The notes beneath the pieces were generated by a model. The model saw only the letters and a program-made list of their open reading frames with translations. It was not told the DNA's origin and did no database searches. Source: an uncultured Candidatus Saccharibacteria bacterium (lineage in GTDB: Bacteria > Patescibacteriota > Saccharimonadia > Saccharimonadales > Saccharimonadaceae). Taken from it: a stretch of 64,000 nucleotides of DNA. The stretch is taken from assembly GCA_948663575.1 (NCBI GenBank), contig CAPNAV010000001.1, positions 3,901 to 67,900 of the forward strand. Reading direction: 5' to 3'. Every line of letters starts with the position of its first letter. Positions within the stretch are counted from its first letter, which is position 1. The position numbers and the translations under genes are program-made. Below, piece by piece: positions 31,081-42,400 of this stretch.

Positions 31081-32151
31081 ATGTCGCAAAAAAACGCCTC
31101 CAAAGCACCACAAGAGTCGTCGAAACTAGATTTCAAGCTCGAAGACGCCAAGCATCGCCAAGAATGGGATGATTTCGTTACGGCTCATCCTGAGGCTAAT
31201 TTTTTGCAGTCTTGGGATTTTTATGATTTTTATCTCAGTCGTGGCAATCAAGTCGTGCGGCGTGTTGCACGAAATAACGACGGAGATATTATTGGGGCAT
31301 ATGCGGGAGTGGTCGAGACAGCCAAGCGTGGCCGTTATCTGGCTATCGCTGGTGGTCCAATTCTCGATTGGAATAATAAGGTCTTGGTTGAGCAGATCTT
31401 CCAGGATATGCGTAGTGAAGGTAAAAAACATCATTGCGTTTTTGTGCGCGTTCGTCCTCAGCTCGAAAAAAGTGAAAAAAGCCTGCAACTCATGCGGGAG
31501 TTAGGTTTAAAGGCTGCGCCAATGTATCTTTCGGTGGAATTTGCTGGGGTGCTAGATCTTCATAAAAATGAAGAAGAAATCCTCAAGGGTATGCGTCAAC
31601 GTCTGCGTCGCGCTTTGCGTAAGGCCGAGAAAAATGGCATCGAAATCGAAAAAAGCACCGATCCTGCTGATATTCATGAATTCTATCAGATTGAGCTTCA
31701 GACTGCTGGACGTCATCAATTTGTTGCTTTTTCAGAGGACTTTTTGACCAAACAATTCGCTGCTTTTGCCAAAAATGGCGAAGCTGTCCTTTATACTGCC
31801 AAGCTGAATGGGGAGACTTTGGCACAGAACTTTATGATTTTTTATGGTAACGAAGCCTCATATCATTATGGAGTTAGCTCCGAGTTAGGGACGAAATATT
31901 CTGGTGCGCCGCTACTCCATATGGAGGCGATGCGCGATGCTCGCGAGCAGGGAATTAAACGCTATAGTTTTTGGGGGATCGTTGGCGAAGATGAAACTTG
32001 GCATCGTTTTTATGGCGTCTCGCAATTCAAGCGTGGTTTTGGTGTAGACGAGCTCAAATATACTCCGGCTCACGATATTATCTTGAAGCCTGCTCGTTAT
32101 TCCGCCACCAAACTGATTGAAACGGTACGCAAAAAAGTCCGCCACGTCTAA
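31081..32151 (+). CDS. FemABX-family peptidoglycan bridge aminoacyltransferase (second paralog)
   Basis: NFLQSWDF, AGGPILDW, RYSFWGI, GVSQFKRGFG. Confidence 0.9.
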   Translation: MSQKNASKAPQESSKLDFKLEDAKHRQEWDDFVTAHPEANFLQSWDFYDFYLSRGNQVVRRVARNNDGDIIGAYAGVVETAKRGRYLAIAGGPILDWNNKVLVEQIFQDMRSEGKKHHCVFVRVRPQLEKSEKSLQLMRELGLKAAPMYLSVEFAGVLDLHKNEEEILKGMRQRLRRALRKAEKNGIEIEKSTDPADIHEFYQIELQTAGRHQFVAFSEDFLTKQFAAFAKNGEAVLYTAKLNGETLAQNFMIFYGNEASYHYGVSSELGTKYSGAPLLHMEAMRDAREQGIKRYSFWGIVGEDETWHRFYGVSQFKRGFGVDELKYTPAHDIILKPARYSATKLIETVRKKVRHV

Positions 32152-32188
32152 AAACTTATGCTATAATTAGAAAAACTAGGAGATTTTT

Positions 32189-32806
32189 ATGGCGCATATT
32201 AAGCGTAAATATATAGATAGCCATTGGCTAGTATTCGTTTTTCAAGGTATTATTGCTTTATTATTTGGCTGTTTTGCCTTGTTCACCTCTAACGAATCCT
32301 CGACTGCACTTATTCCTATGATTGGTATTGCCTTGCTTCTATTATCAGTAGTTGAATTTGCTAATTCGCTTTATCGTACTCACAATCGTCACGGCTGGCT
32401 CGTCTCTACCTTGGTAGCAGTCTTCGATGCCGTATTCGGCATCCTCCTCTTGGTACTTAGTGACCAAAATATGACTACTCATCTATTCTTACTCGCAGGA
32501 TATACCGCCTTGCGAGGTATTTTTGAACTTGTGATCGGCTTTAAGACTACCGTTGATCCTACTGACCGCTTTATCTGGATTCTCTGTGGTATTTCTGGTC
32601 TCGTCTTTGGCATTTTCATTTCTAACTCTGGCCATTTGCAGAATGTTGATTTTGTCCGTTTCTTTGGTACTTATCTACTTATTCTCGGTGTCGCCAGCCT
32701 AATCTATGGGGCGCACAATCGCACTCAAAAGCTCGAAGACCGCGAAGCTCGTCTCGAAGCTGCCAAGAAAGCTCGTCAGACCAAGCGTACTACTAAGAAA
32801 TCATAA
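32189..32806 (+). CDS. HdeD/DUF308-like membrane protein
   Basis: Six hydrophobic segments, W..F..QGIIALLFG pattern. Confidence 0.75.
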   Translation: MAHIKRKYIDSHWLVFVFQGIIALLFGCFALFTSNESSTALIPMIGIALLLLSVVEFANSLYRTHNRHGWLVSTLVAVFDAVFGILLLVLSDQNMTTHLFLLAGYTALRGIFELVIGFKTTVDPTDRFIWILCGISGLVFGIFISNSGHLQNVDFVRFFGTYLLILGVASLIYGAHNRTQKLEDREARLEAAKKARQTKRTTKKS

Positions 32807-32914
32807 AACCCTTTGACTGAGTAGTCAATCCTACAAAAATGTAAGGATAATCCATTAGCATCCAGCAGTTATTTTCGCGAAGTGTGTTATAATAAGGTCT
32901 CAAGGAGAACTTAA

Positions 32915-33811
32915 ATGAATTATAGAACCCCCACTAAGGCTATCATCACTGATGCCGGTAGTGCTAGCCGGTACCTACCAATCACCAAGACCATCCCTAA
33001 GGCCATGCTGCCAATCGGCGCAAAGCCTATTATGCAACTCGTTATTGAAGAATGCGTTGAGGCTGGTATTAAGGAGATCATTCTTGTCGTCACGCCAGAA
33101 GGTAAGTCTATCTACGAGAACTATTTTAATGATGCTGCCGTCAAGACCAAAAAACAACTTCGGAGCCAAGGCAAACTCGAACGTTATGAGCCAGTTCAGG
33201 CCGTGCTCGACTTGCCTAAGATTACAATTATCGAACAAGATCCGTCTTATCCGTATGGTAATGGCTCGCCGGTCGCCTCCGCTCGTCAGTTTATCGAGGA
33301 TGACGAGGCTTTTATTGTAGCCTATTCCGACGACATTGTTTTTGGTCAGAGCGCGGTCAAGGATCTAATTTCCATTCATCAAGCCCATCCTGATGCTGCC
33401 GCCATTATTGCTGGTCAGCCTGTTCCGCACGAGGAAATCAAAAAATACGCCTCCATTTCAATGAATGGTGATAAGCTTGTTGGCTTAATCGAGAAGCCCT
33501 CGCCTGATGAAGCGCCGACCGATCTTGCATCCTATGGTCGTTATTTATTAACTCCAGAGGTTTTTGAATATCTTAAGCCGCATGATACCGGCCTTGATAA
33601 TGAACTTTGGACGGCTGATGCTATTGCTAAGTTGATCGATACGGATCGCGTCTACGTCGTTGAAACTTCTGGTCAATGGATGACTACTGGCGACCCCAAA
33701 AATTACTTCCTTGCACACCTCAAATACGCTTTGAGCTGCCCGGAATATGGTGACGAAATCTATAAAATGCTTGATCAGTGTCAACAAAAAGCCGGCAAAC
33801 TTCATTGCTAG
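32915..33811 (+). CDS. Sugar-1-phosphate nucleotidyltransferase (GalU-like)
   Basis: KAIITDAGSASRYLPITKTIPKAMLP, IEKP, GRYLLTP. Confidence 0.88.
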   Translation: MNYRTPTKAIITDAGSASRYLPITKTIPKAMLPIGAKPIMQLVIEECVEAGIKEIILVVTPEGKSIYENYFNDAAVKTKKQLRSQGKLERYEPVQAVLDLPKITIIEQDPSYPYGNGSPVASARQFIEDDEAFIVAYSDDIVFGQSAVKDLISIHQAHPDAAAIIAGQPVPHEEIKKYASISMNGDKLVGLIEKPSPDEAPTDLASYGRYLLTPEVFEYLKPHDTGLDNELWTADAIAKLIDTDRVYVVETSGQWMTTGDPKNYFLAHLKYALSCPEYGDEIYKMLDQCQQKAGKLHC

Positions 33812-33862
33812 CCTTTTACGACCTTAAGGAGTATAATAGAAACATACTAAAGGAGAAAGAAA

Positions 33863-34222
33863 ATGGAACTAGCAACTTGGATTCTGGTTGTCATCTTGTC
33901 ATTAACGTTATTGATTTTCTTGATTGCTGGAATTGTCTTAGCCATCAAGCTAATCCGTTTGACCGAGGAGGCTCAAAAAATCGTCGCTACCGGTCAAGAT
34001 ATTGCCACTAAAGCTGATGACATTGTCGATAATGTTAAGGGCATGACATCTGTTGGCGGAATCGTGAAGACCTTTGCGAATCGCGTGGTTGAAAATCAAG
34101 AACGTCGCTATGCCGAGGAAGATGCTGCCCGTGAGGCGGCGGCCGCTGCAGCCGCTAGCGCAGCTGCCACTAGCGCCAAGAAGTCTTCAGCTAAGTCTGG
34201 AGCTAAGATCGCCAAAAAATAG
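33863..34222 (+). CDS. Small membrane-anchored coiled-coil protein
   Basis: AAGGAG RBS, N-terminal TM, Ala-rich tail. Confidence 0.75.
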   Translation: MELATWILVVILSLTLLIFLIAGIVLAIKLIRLTEEAQKIVATGQDIATKADDIVDNVKGMTSVGGIVKTFANRVVENQERRYAEEDAAREAAAAAAASAAATSAKKSSAKSGAKIAKK

Positions 34223-34235
34223 ATGCAGTATATAG

Positions 34236-34562
34236 CTAAAGAACTAGCAGCCAAGAAGCAAAACTCCTCCGGTCGCAACCGGAGGAGGCCTTTTGTTCAA
34301 TAATCTGTCGCCGTTTCAAACCTAGGAGCCGTAACATAATCATAGAATAACAGTCCGTCCCTATCGGCACTACCGGATCGACTGCTCGCATTCTGCAGAG
34401 GCTGTGACTGTATTGATATACTATCTCGCAGTCGGGATATTCGTTCCTGACGTCTGCACAGACAGCTGTCATCCTACCTAAAAATACTTCCGCTCTTATT
34501 ACTCGACCTTCAATCAAAAACTTTGGTGTAGTACTGATCATTAAGTTGCCCTCCCTATTCAT
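34236..34562 (-). CDS. Hypothetical protein
   Basis: Overlaps upstream gene stop; GGGAGGG RBS suggests a slightly later start (MISTT). Confidence 0.5.
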   Translation of the reverse strand: MNREGNLMISTTPKFLIEGRVIRAEVFLGRMTAVCADVRNEYPDCEIVYQYSHSLCRMRAVDPVVPIGTDCYSMIMLRLLGLKRRQIIEQKASSGCDRRSFASWLLVL

Positions 34563-35571
34563 CTACATGTGATATTAGATTAACCGGCGATATGTCTTCG
34601 CAGGCAGTCATAATATCATCCATGGTTACCTGAACCAAAGTGTCAATTCGATTCATTTTTTTGGCAATATACTGAAGAACCTCTTCAGCCTTTCTCTTCT
34701 GCCAACAAGTTAATCCGTCGGCATGGATTATGCTCGTGGCCACATGAAGCTTGCTAGTAGATGACTCCTCAAAAAAGATACAAAAATCATCACTTCTAAC
34801 TTCCGGCCAATGCAGATGCTGTTTTATGACACCGCGGTCACAATCCTCATCTATCTGAGCGGGCACCTCATCGCCATCCCGGTCAATTACCCAAGCGCAC
34901 CGAAATGCTGCTCCGTTGTTAATAAAGTCATACGACAATTCTAGCTGGTAATTTTCCAGCTGAGCGAGCTTCCAGATGTCATTATTCCACTCGCAAGCAT
35001 TATCGTCTTCGTTGGCCACGGTAATCTCGCCATCACACGTTGTCTGTATCAATGGCACTATCATCTGATATCCATTTTCAGTTGTTCCGCCGCATACCAT
35101 CAAGGATGACAACTTATCCAGAGTCGAAGTCAACATCTCAATGTCGCCGTCGGAGCGCGGAGTCTCATTATCTACCATAAATCTCAGTAATAGATAATCC
35201 TGCAGATTCAGGCCACTCCCATAGTAAGAGAATGTCTTAGTGTCATCGTCCCAGCTTCCCGACAGTATATGAACTGCAGCGAAGTTGTTGGCTAGCAGGC
35301 GCAGCGGCGAATTCTCGAGCCACCGCTTGGAAACTGTGTGTCCGTAGCCCGTTAGGAGCAAAGGCTCTGCCATCGGATTGTCAGACTTACGCGGAAAGAT
35401 CGGGTTTACTGCTACCATATTGCAGAGCTGTCCAAATACTCTCTCGCGAGGAATCTTATAATGAACTTCTCCTTTCTGCAACGTTTCACCGTTAATGATA
35501 GTGACATATTCTGGCATCTCAGTGAAACTTGGCACTACTGATGAAAGCTTAAAAACTGGCTTAGTACTCAT
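34555..35571 (-). CDS. Hypothetical protein
   Basis: 338-aa ORF, AGGAGGG RBS, consensus promoter at 35651-35679. Confidence 0.75.
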   Translation of the reverse strand: MSTKPVFKLSSVVPSFTEMPEYVTIINGETLQKGEVHYKIPRERVFGQLCNMVAVNPIFPRKSDNPMAEPLLLTGYGHTVSKRWLENSPLRLLANNFAAVHILSGSWDDDTKTFSYYGSGLNLQDYLLLRFMVDNETPRSDGDIEMLTSTLDKLSSLMVCGGTTENGYQMIVPLIQTTCDGEITVANEDDNACEWNNDIWKLAQLENYQLELSYDFINNGAAFRCAWVIDRDGDEVPAQIDEDCDRGVIKQHLHWPEVRSDDFCIFFEESSTSKLHVATSIIHADGLTCWQKRKAEEVLQYIAKKMNRIDTLVQVTMDDIMTACEDISPVNLISHVDE

Positions 35572-35680
35572 AAATCACCCTCCTGATTCTGATTTTTTTG
35601 AACAAAAAGTTAACAAGTTTCGTAGAATAGTTTTACTACCCTATCCTTTCATTGTAGCACACATTATCAAAAATGTCAAG
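35572..35680 (-). promoter_or_regulatory. Promoter and 5' leader shared with 43595-43698
   Basis: TTGACA-17-TACAAT, hairpin, TGTTAACTTTTTGTTC, AGGAGGG. Confidence 0.7.
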
Positions 35681-35749
35681 AATACCCCTATAATGCTCAG
35701 CAAAAATGACGCACCGGAGTGCGCCATTCGTTGTAGAAAGTGAGTTTTG

Positions 35750-37444
35750 CTACATACTGACGTTAAACAGCTCACGCAGCTGGTCAATAATCGTGTTGCT
35801 ATTTGCGTCAATCAAGGTAGCCTCATTGATGCCGCTCAGGGTCATTAAATCGTTTCTGGCTCCATCGCCAGTTCCTTCCAGATTGTATCCGATAGTGTAT
35901 ATCGGAACTTCTATGCCTCTAACCAGACCCTTGATGGAGTTCAGGCTGTAAGTACTGCCCATTTCGGCGCCATCCGAAAGTACGAAAATCATCATCTTAG
36001 CTTCCGGCAGTTCCTTAGCAGCTTCGTTTAGCATGTTTAAGGCTACCAGCACTGCATCGTAAGTCGCTGTCACTCCACCTTTGTCCAATGTTTTTACTGC
36101 GCTCGTAAAATACGCTCGCTGTGTGGCATCGAACCGGTCAATCGGCAGGTCGATATATACCTTACTTGAGAACGACACTAATCCGATGTAGCTATCGCTG
36201 CTGATGAAGTTTGCGGCTGATGTCAGAGATTCTTTCAGCGCCCTGATCGGAGTGCCGTCCATGGAGCTAGAAACGTCTGCTACAAACACCGCTACGACAG
36301 GCTTACCGCCGTCTTTATTTAGCTTCCAAATTTTCTGAGCCGCCAAATAGCCAGCACCATCCAAACCCGTATCCTGCGCTTCATAATCATCATGCAAATT
36401 AAAGCCTTTTTCGTTAGCAATTTTCTGAGCCTCATTACTCAAGCAGTACTCTACAAAAGCCTCGGCTACCGCCAGCTGATCTTTTGTAGCATAATCAAAG
36501 ATATAGAACGGATGATCATGCCGAATACCCATTGGTACATAGACAAAATCTTTCAGAGTGGGTTTATTATGATAAGCCTGCTCTTCCATTACCATTGCCG
36601 TGATTACGCCTCTTTCGGCCCAGCCTACTATTACCGCAGTGGTCGGAGCCATTGGCGGATCCTGCCGCTGATATTCCAGCAGTTTTTGCGAGGCTTTATC
36701 CGATAGGGGATTGCTTGAGTCAAAACTATACAACATCATCGTCAGACTATTTAATCCGGATGAGGATGTATAGGGATTAGGCATTGCTAGCGTAATGTCG
36801 CCAGCCAAGCTTGCATTCAATACTTTATCCATGGTTACTTCGTCGTATTTCGCGATATAGGTATCATAGGTTTCTTGCTTCATCAAGATACCTGCGGTGT
36901 TTCCGACTAAGCGATCAGTTAGAGCACTTAGCTCAAAGCCTTTTGCTTCGAGCATTTTGCCCCACGCAAAATTCGATGGTAAATATGCTTCCGGACGGTA
37001 GTCGCCTTCGGTTATATGAGTCAGCGCATCACCCGAAGTAATCTTACGAATGGATACGCTGGCGGTTTTGCCATTAACCTGATTTTTCTGGTTATTGAAA
37101 TTTTTCGCCCAGACATTAATTAGGTCATCAGGTGTATCCGCCGACAATTCTGTTGCGGCCGCTATTTCAATATCGACCTCGCCGTTGCCCTGTACGGTTA
37201 TTGGGAAGCTGCTAATATCAGACAGCGCGACTGTTGTCTCGTCCGCATCATCGTAGATATTCAGTGTCGGCTTCATGGCTACGGGATCAATCTTACTCAC
37301 GCGTGCCGCAATCTCTTGAACGGCTTCGTCATGCGTGTAAGTGGAGTTATCTGATATTGCTCCCTCGCAGCCGCATAAAGTTCCAGCCGTCAGTAATATT
37401 GCTAACATTGCAGATAGTACACTTCTCAGTCTTATTTTTCGCAT
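35750..37444 (-). CDS. Lipoprotein with solute-binding-like domain and C-terminal vWA domain
   Basis: LCGC lipobox-like; DVSSSM MIDAS motif, TATYDAV, VLSDG. Confidence 0.88.
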   Translation of the reverse strand: MRKIRLRSVLSAMLAILLTAGTLCGCEGAISDNSTYTHDEAVQEIAARVSKIDPVAMKPTLNIYDDADETTVALSDISSFPITVQGNGEVDIEIAAATELSADTPDDLINVWAKNFNNQKNQVNGKTASVSIRKITSGDALTHITEGDYRPEAYLPSNFAWGKMLEAKGFELSALTDRLVGNTAGILMKQETYDTYIAKYDEVTMDKVLNASLAGDITLAMPNPYTSSSGLNSLTMMLYSFDSSNPLSDKASQKLLEYQRQDPPMAPTTAVIVGWAERGVITAMVMEEQAYHNKPTLKDFVYVPMGIRHDHPFYIFDYATKDQLAVAEAFVEYCLSNEAQKIANEKGFNLHDDYEAQDTGLDGAGYLAAQKIWKLNKDGGKPVVAVFVADVSSSMDGTPIRALKESLTSAANFISSDSYIGLVSFSSKVYIDLPIDRFDATQRAYFTSAVKTLDKGGVTATYDAVLVALNMLNEAAKELPEAKMMIFVLSDGAEMGSTYSLNSIKGLVRGIEVPIYTIGYNLEGTGDGARNDLMTLSGINEATLIDANSNTIIDQLRELFNVSM

Positions 37445-37445
37445 T

Positions 37446-38198
37446 TTACCCCTCCTCTGAATAGCTTCTCAATATCTCAATTAAGTCGCTTGCAGTTTCT
37501 TGACTATCGTCACGTACATTCTTAATGCGGTTATTAATCGACTCAAGAGACGTATCTAGTAGTCTTTGGGCTACACTCAACATCTCTGCATTTTTATTCA
37601 AGACATCACGCTCCTTTTGTTCGTCGGGAGCCACATCGTAAGTTTCGCACGAGTTAACGATACTCAGAACCATTCTACACATCTTGCGCTCCAGCTTATC
37701 GAGCACTTCCATGGTGTCTTTCAGGTATCTTGCGCCGTTTGTTTTAATTAAAAAGTTTTGTTTCGCTTGGATGCGATCCATCTCTTCCAACTGATTTAAG
37801 CAAACCGCGATAATACCTCGAAATTGAGGCTTCTCGATATCTAACTGGATCAGCCGTTCTTTAGTCAACACTGGATTTTCGCTATCAACAGCATAGGCTT
37901 CGATAATCTTTGACCTTTGTCTAGCTTGATCGCGCTTTTCTTTGACGATACGTCTCTCCTTGCGCCATACTTTGGCTACGGGAATAATCGCCACTGCAAT
38001 CATTGCTAAACCAACTACTAAAATAATAGTCGCGCCGACTGGCATTTTCATATAATTCTTGATGCCAAGAGTGAGAATCAGTCGATTTTTGAGCGGTAGG
38101 GAAAACCTTGAGATTAAAAAAGTTAAATCCGCAATTCCGCCAAACGCCAGAAAAATGCCGCCAATTCTAGAGCAAACATTTTTGACACCTTTTTGCAT
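37446..38198 (-). CDS. Membrane-anchored helical protein of the TelA/vWA cluster
   Basis: Two TM segments, GGAGGTG RBS, operonic spacing. Confidence 0.75.
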   Translation of the reverse strand: MQKGVKNVCSRIGGIFLAFGGIADLTFLISRFSLPLKNRLILTLGIKNYMKMPVGATIILVVGLAMIAVAIIPVAKVWRKERRIVKEKRDQARQRSKIIEAYAVDSENPVLTKERLIQLDIEKPQFRGIIAVCLNQLEEMDRIQAKQNFLIKTNGARYLKDTMEVLDKLERKMCRMVLSIVNSCETYDVAPDEQKERDVLNKNAEMLSVAQRLLDTSLESINNRIKNVRDDSQETASDLIEILRSYSEEG

Positions 38199-38209
38199 TT
38201 TCTCACCTC

Positions 38210-39028
38210 CTAACTGTTAAGGTTCTTAACCGCATCGGTTGCAGTATCCTTGGCTTGTTGCAGAACTTGCTTAAGTATGTCCAAGCTGACGACAGCCGTA
38301 GAAACGTCTGTCGTATTCTGCGCTGCACTTGCATCTTTGGCGGTTTTGGGCCAGTTTCTCACGATTCCTTGCAGCTCCATAATCATGTCGTTAACGCCGC
38401 TATTTTGGATAGCTTGCGCTAGCTGCATGTCAGATTCGCGTGTTTGCTGGATTAAAATCGACGCTTGTTGGCAAATACTGCGCGTCAACCTCAAACTCTG
38501 CAATCTTTCCTCGAAAGCGTCCAAGGCTTGATGAAGATTACCATAGTTCATTGCGTCGGCCTGTGATCCTGTAGCTTCCATCTTTTGACGAAGCGTTTCT
38601 AGATCATTGGTTCGCGCTGATTCCAGCTCCAGTTGTCCGACTGTAATGCGATCATCCAGCTTGTCGAGGCAGACTTTGCACTCATCTTGATATAACCGAT
38701 CTAAGGCTCTCATTTTTCGCAGCAAACCAATTCTGCCAACATCAAGATCGTCAACCAATCCAGCCAGCTTATGGGCTGTCCGGCGACTCTTTCTGCGAGT
38801 GTTGCAGTTATCGCTTTGCATGGCGAGCTGGAGAGTTTGCACGATATCTGACAATGTTGTCTCGATACCCGTAAGGCAATTATTCGCCACGACCTCCTGG
38901 GTCCTTTTCACGAATCCCTTTGCTTCTTTTTGCAAGTCTACGCCATAGGTTGCCACGCTCACCAGGTTTTGCCAGTCTATTATCCCCTCCTTCTTTGTTC
39001 TGGCATTGTCAAAATTAACTTCACTCAT
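38210..39028 (-). CDS. Toxic anion resistance (TelA-like) protein, divergent
   Basis: YGVDLQ, RLQSLRLTRSICQQASILIQ, helical; start MSEVNF chosen from RBS (track start 39106). Confidence 0.65.
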   Translation of the reverse strand: MSEVNFDNARTKKEGIIDWQNLVSVATYGVDLQKEAKGFVKRTQEVVANNCLTGIETTLSDIVQTLQLAMQSDNCNTRRKSRRTAHKLAGLVDDLDVGRIGLLRKMRALDRLYQDECKVCLDKLDDRITVGQLELESARTNDLETLRQKMEATGSQADAMNYGNLHQALDAFEERLQSLRLTRSICQQASILIQQTRESDMQLAQAIQNSGVNDMIMELQGIVRNWPKTAKDASAAQNTTDVSTAVVSLDILKQVLQQAKDTATDAVKNLNS

Positions 39029-39216
39029 TTCATCACATCCCACCTTTCTTAGAATCATGAGCATCAACCAACCAGCCAGCCTCTTGAAGGCTAGCACTGT
39101 TACCATATTACAATATCACGACATACAGGATAAGTCAATTAGCAGGGAATTGACGCAGCAAAAAGCGCCGCAGCCAAAGCCACGACGCCTAATGTTGTTA
39201 CTGTTACTGAAAAAAG

Positions 39217-39450
39217 CTATGCCACAGACCATTCCTCGACACTCTTGGTGTAAGCCTGCTTGAGAGCATTAGCCAGCGCAACCTCACCTTCAGCCATACA
39301 TCTGCGCATATTGTTGCGCTCTTCGAGGCCTTTGCGATGAACTTCAGTGATACGGTCAATCGCTTCGATAAGAATATTATTACACTCAAGGATATCTGAG
39401 GGGTTAATATATCCCATTTCGGATTGTCTCGCTAAACTCCGCTTCATCCC
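39217..39450 (-). pseudogene. Orphan C-terminal fragment of a second TelA-like gene
   Basis: ARQSEMGYINPSDILECNNILIEAIDRITEVHRKGLEER resembles TelA C-terminus; cut off at dnaE promoter. Confidence 0.5.
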
Positions 39451-39473
39451 GCCACGTATGCTATAATCGTTAT

Positions 39474-42400
39474 ATGACCGAGGTAACCAAAGATTCAGAA
39501 CCACTAAAACCTAGTGATTTTGTACATCTTCATAACCATACGCATTATTCTTTGCTTGACGGTCTTACTAAAATCCCCGAGCTAGTCAATTTCGTCAAAG
39601 AAAAGGGCATGGAAGGTGTTGCCGTGACTGATCACGGTACTATGAGCGGCTTAGTAGAACTCTATAAAGAGTGTAACGCTGCCGGAATCAAGCCGGTACT
39701 CGGCCTCGAAGCTTATGTTGCCGCACGCAACAAGGAAGATCGTGACCCCGCTCATGATAAGCAGCGCTTCCATATTACTCTGCTCGCTATGAACAACGTG
39801 GGATTCGAAAACCTCTGCCGTCTCATGACTGACGCCGAAATTCACGGAAAGTACTACAAACCGCGCATCGACCACAAAATCATGGCCGAATATAATGAAG
39901 GCATCATCTGTCTTTCTGGGTGTGCTGGCTCAGAAATCTCCGAGGCGATTCGTGCGCATGACGAAAAGCGTACGATGGAACTCGTTGAGTGGTATCATAG
40001 CATCTACGGCGACCGTTTTTATCTAGAAATGCAAGATCATGGTCATCCCGATTCGCCGACACACTGGGATGTTCAGACGGATATTAATACCAAACTCCAA
40101 GAAATCTCCAAACAAACTGGTCTACCACTCGTGGTCACTTGTGATGCTCACTACCTCAAGCATGAAGACCAAGATGCTCATGAGGTTTTGCTTTGCGTCG
40201 GCACTGCCTCCAATCTCTCCAACCCTAACCGTATGACTCTTAAGGATTTCGAGCTCCACGTAATTCCGCCAGAAGACATTATTGAGCGCTGGGGTAAAGA
40301 TTTCCCAGAAGCCGTGCGCAATAGCCGCCGCATCGCTGATCGTTGTGACGTTGATCTGCAGCTTGGCCGTATCTTGATTCCAAAGTTCCCAGTGCCTGAG
40401 GAGGCACTTAAGAAGCTAGAACTCGACGATGTTGCCAATGCTACTTCTCAGCAGCTCGAAAAAGCTTATCTTGATGAACTCGTTTTTCAAGGGCTCGTCT
40501 ATCGTTATTGTGGTTATAAGCTTAAGGATACTGTTGACCTTAAAATCGCCGAATGCCGCAAACTGCTCGAAGAGGTTGACAAAACTCCTGAGCGCGCCGA
40601 GGAGAAACTTAAAGTCTTGCCGCGCATCGACTATGAGTTGAGTGTGGTCGATAAAATGGGTTATAATGGCTATTTCTTGATTGTGCAAGACTTTATCAAC
40701 TGGGGTAAATCGCAGCGTATTGTTTATGGCCCCGGTCGTGGTTCGGCGGCTGGTAGTATTTTGGCGTATGCGCTTAGGATTACTGAGCTCGATCCGCTGA
40801 AATACGACCTGCTTTTCGAACGTTTTTTGAATCCAGACCGTATTTCTATGCCTGATATTGATACCGATATCCAGGATACGCGCCGCGACGAGGTAATCGA
40901 ATATTGTACTCATAAATACGGCGAAGGCCGAGTTGGGAACATCGTGACCTTTGGTAAAATGATGGGTAAAATGGCCGTGCGTGATGTCGCCCGCGTAATG
41001 GAAGTGCCATATGCAGAGGCCGATCGTCTCGCCAAGCTCGTCCCCGATCCTGAGCAGGGGCATCATGTGCCGATTGGCCGTGCTATTAAAGAAGTTCCCG
41101 ATTTGCAAAATGAATACGAGGGCAACCCGACCTCTCACGAAGTTCTGGATTTTGCCGAACGTCTCGAGGGAACCATCCGTAGCCATGGCGTGCATGCTTG
41201 TGGTGTCGTGATTGCGCCTGACGATCTTGTCAAGTTCCTTCCGATGGAAGTTAGTGCCAAGGGGCCACTCACTACCCAATATCCTGGTCCCCAGATCGAG
41301 GAGCTCGGCCTGCTCAAGATGGACTTTCTAGGCCTATCCAACTTATCCGTGATCAATAACGCTCTTCGTATGATCCGCAAAGTCTATCATGAAGATGTCG
41401 ACATGTATGCGTTGCCGCTTGACGATGAGGAAACATATAAACTCCTCCAGCGCGCCGAGACCACAGGTGTTTTCCAGCTGGAATCTGCCGGCATGAAGCG
41501 CTATCTTCGCGATCTGCAGGCTAACCGTTTTGAGGATATCATCGCTATGGTGGCCCTTTATCGCCCGGGGCCGATGCAGTTTATCGATAGTTTTATTCGC
41601 CGCAAACACGGCGAGGAACCAATCACCTATCTACATCCCGGGCTAGAAAACTCCTTGAAAGACACCTACGGCATTATGATCTACCAGGAGCAGTTCATGC
41701 AGATTTCACGCGAGTGGTGCGGCTTTACGGGTGGCCAAGCTGATACTTTGCGTAAGGCGGTCGGTAAGAAAAAGGTAGACCTCATGAATAAGGTTAAGCC
41801 AGAGTTTATTAAGGGTGCCGTCGAAATTGGTGGCGCCACCGAAGAGATCGCCGAACAATTCTGGACTGAGCTACTTGATTTCGCGAACTATTGTTTTAAC
41901 AAGTCTCATGCCGCGTGTTATGGATTGGTGGCGTATTGGACTGCCTACCTAAAAGCACATTACCCAGACGCTTTTATGGCCGCCCTTATGACCGCTGATA
42001 TGCGCTCAACCGATCGTCTTGCCATTGAAATTACCGAATGTAAACACATGGGGATTCCTGTGCTTGGTCCAGATATCAATGAGTCATATGGCGATTTCGG
42101 TATTGTCGGTCAAGAAAAGAAAATTCGTTTTGGTCTTTCTGGTATTAAGAGTATGGGTAAGGCTCTAGTCGAAGAATTCGTGATTCCTGAACGCGATAAA
42201 AACGGCCCCTTCAAAAGCGTTTGCGACTTTGCCTCAAGGGTAAACTCCAGCAAATTCAATAAAAAATCTTGGGAAGCCGCCATTAAAACCGGTGCTTTTG
42301 ATCGTTTTGGTGATCGCAGCGATCTGCTGTTTAATCTTGAGAATATTCAGGCTTACGGAGCGAAGCGTCAAAAAGACGCTGCTAGCGGCCAGACTGATCT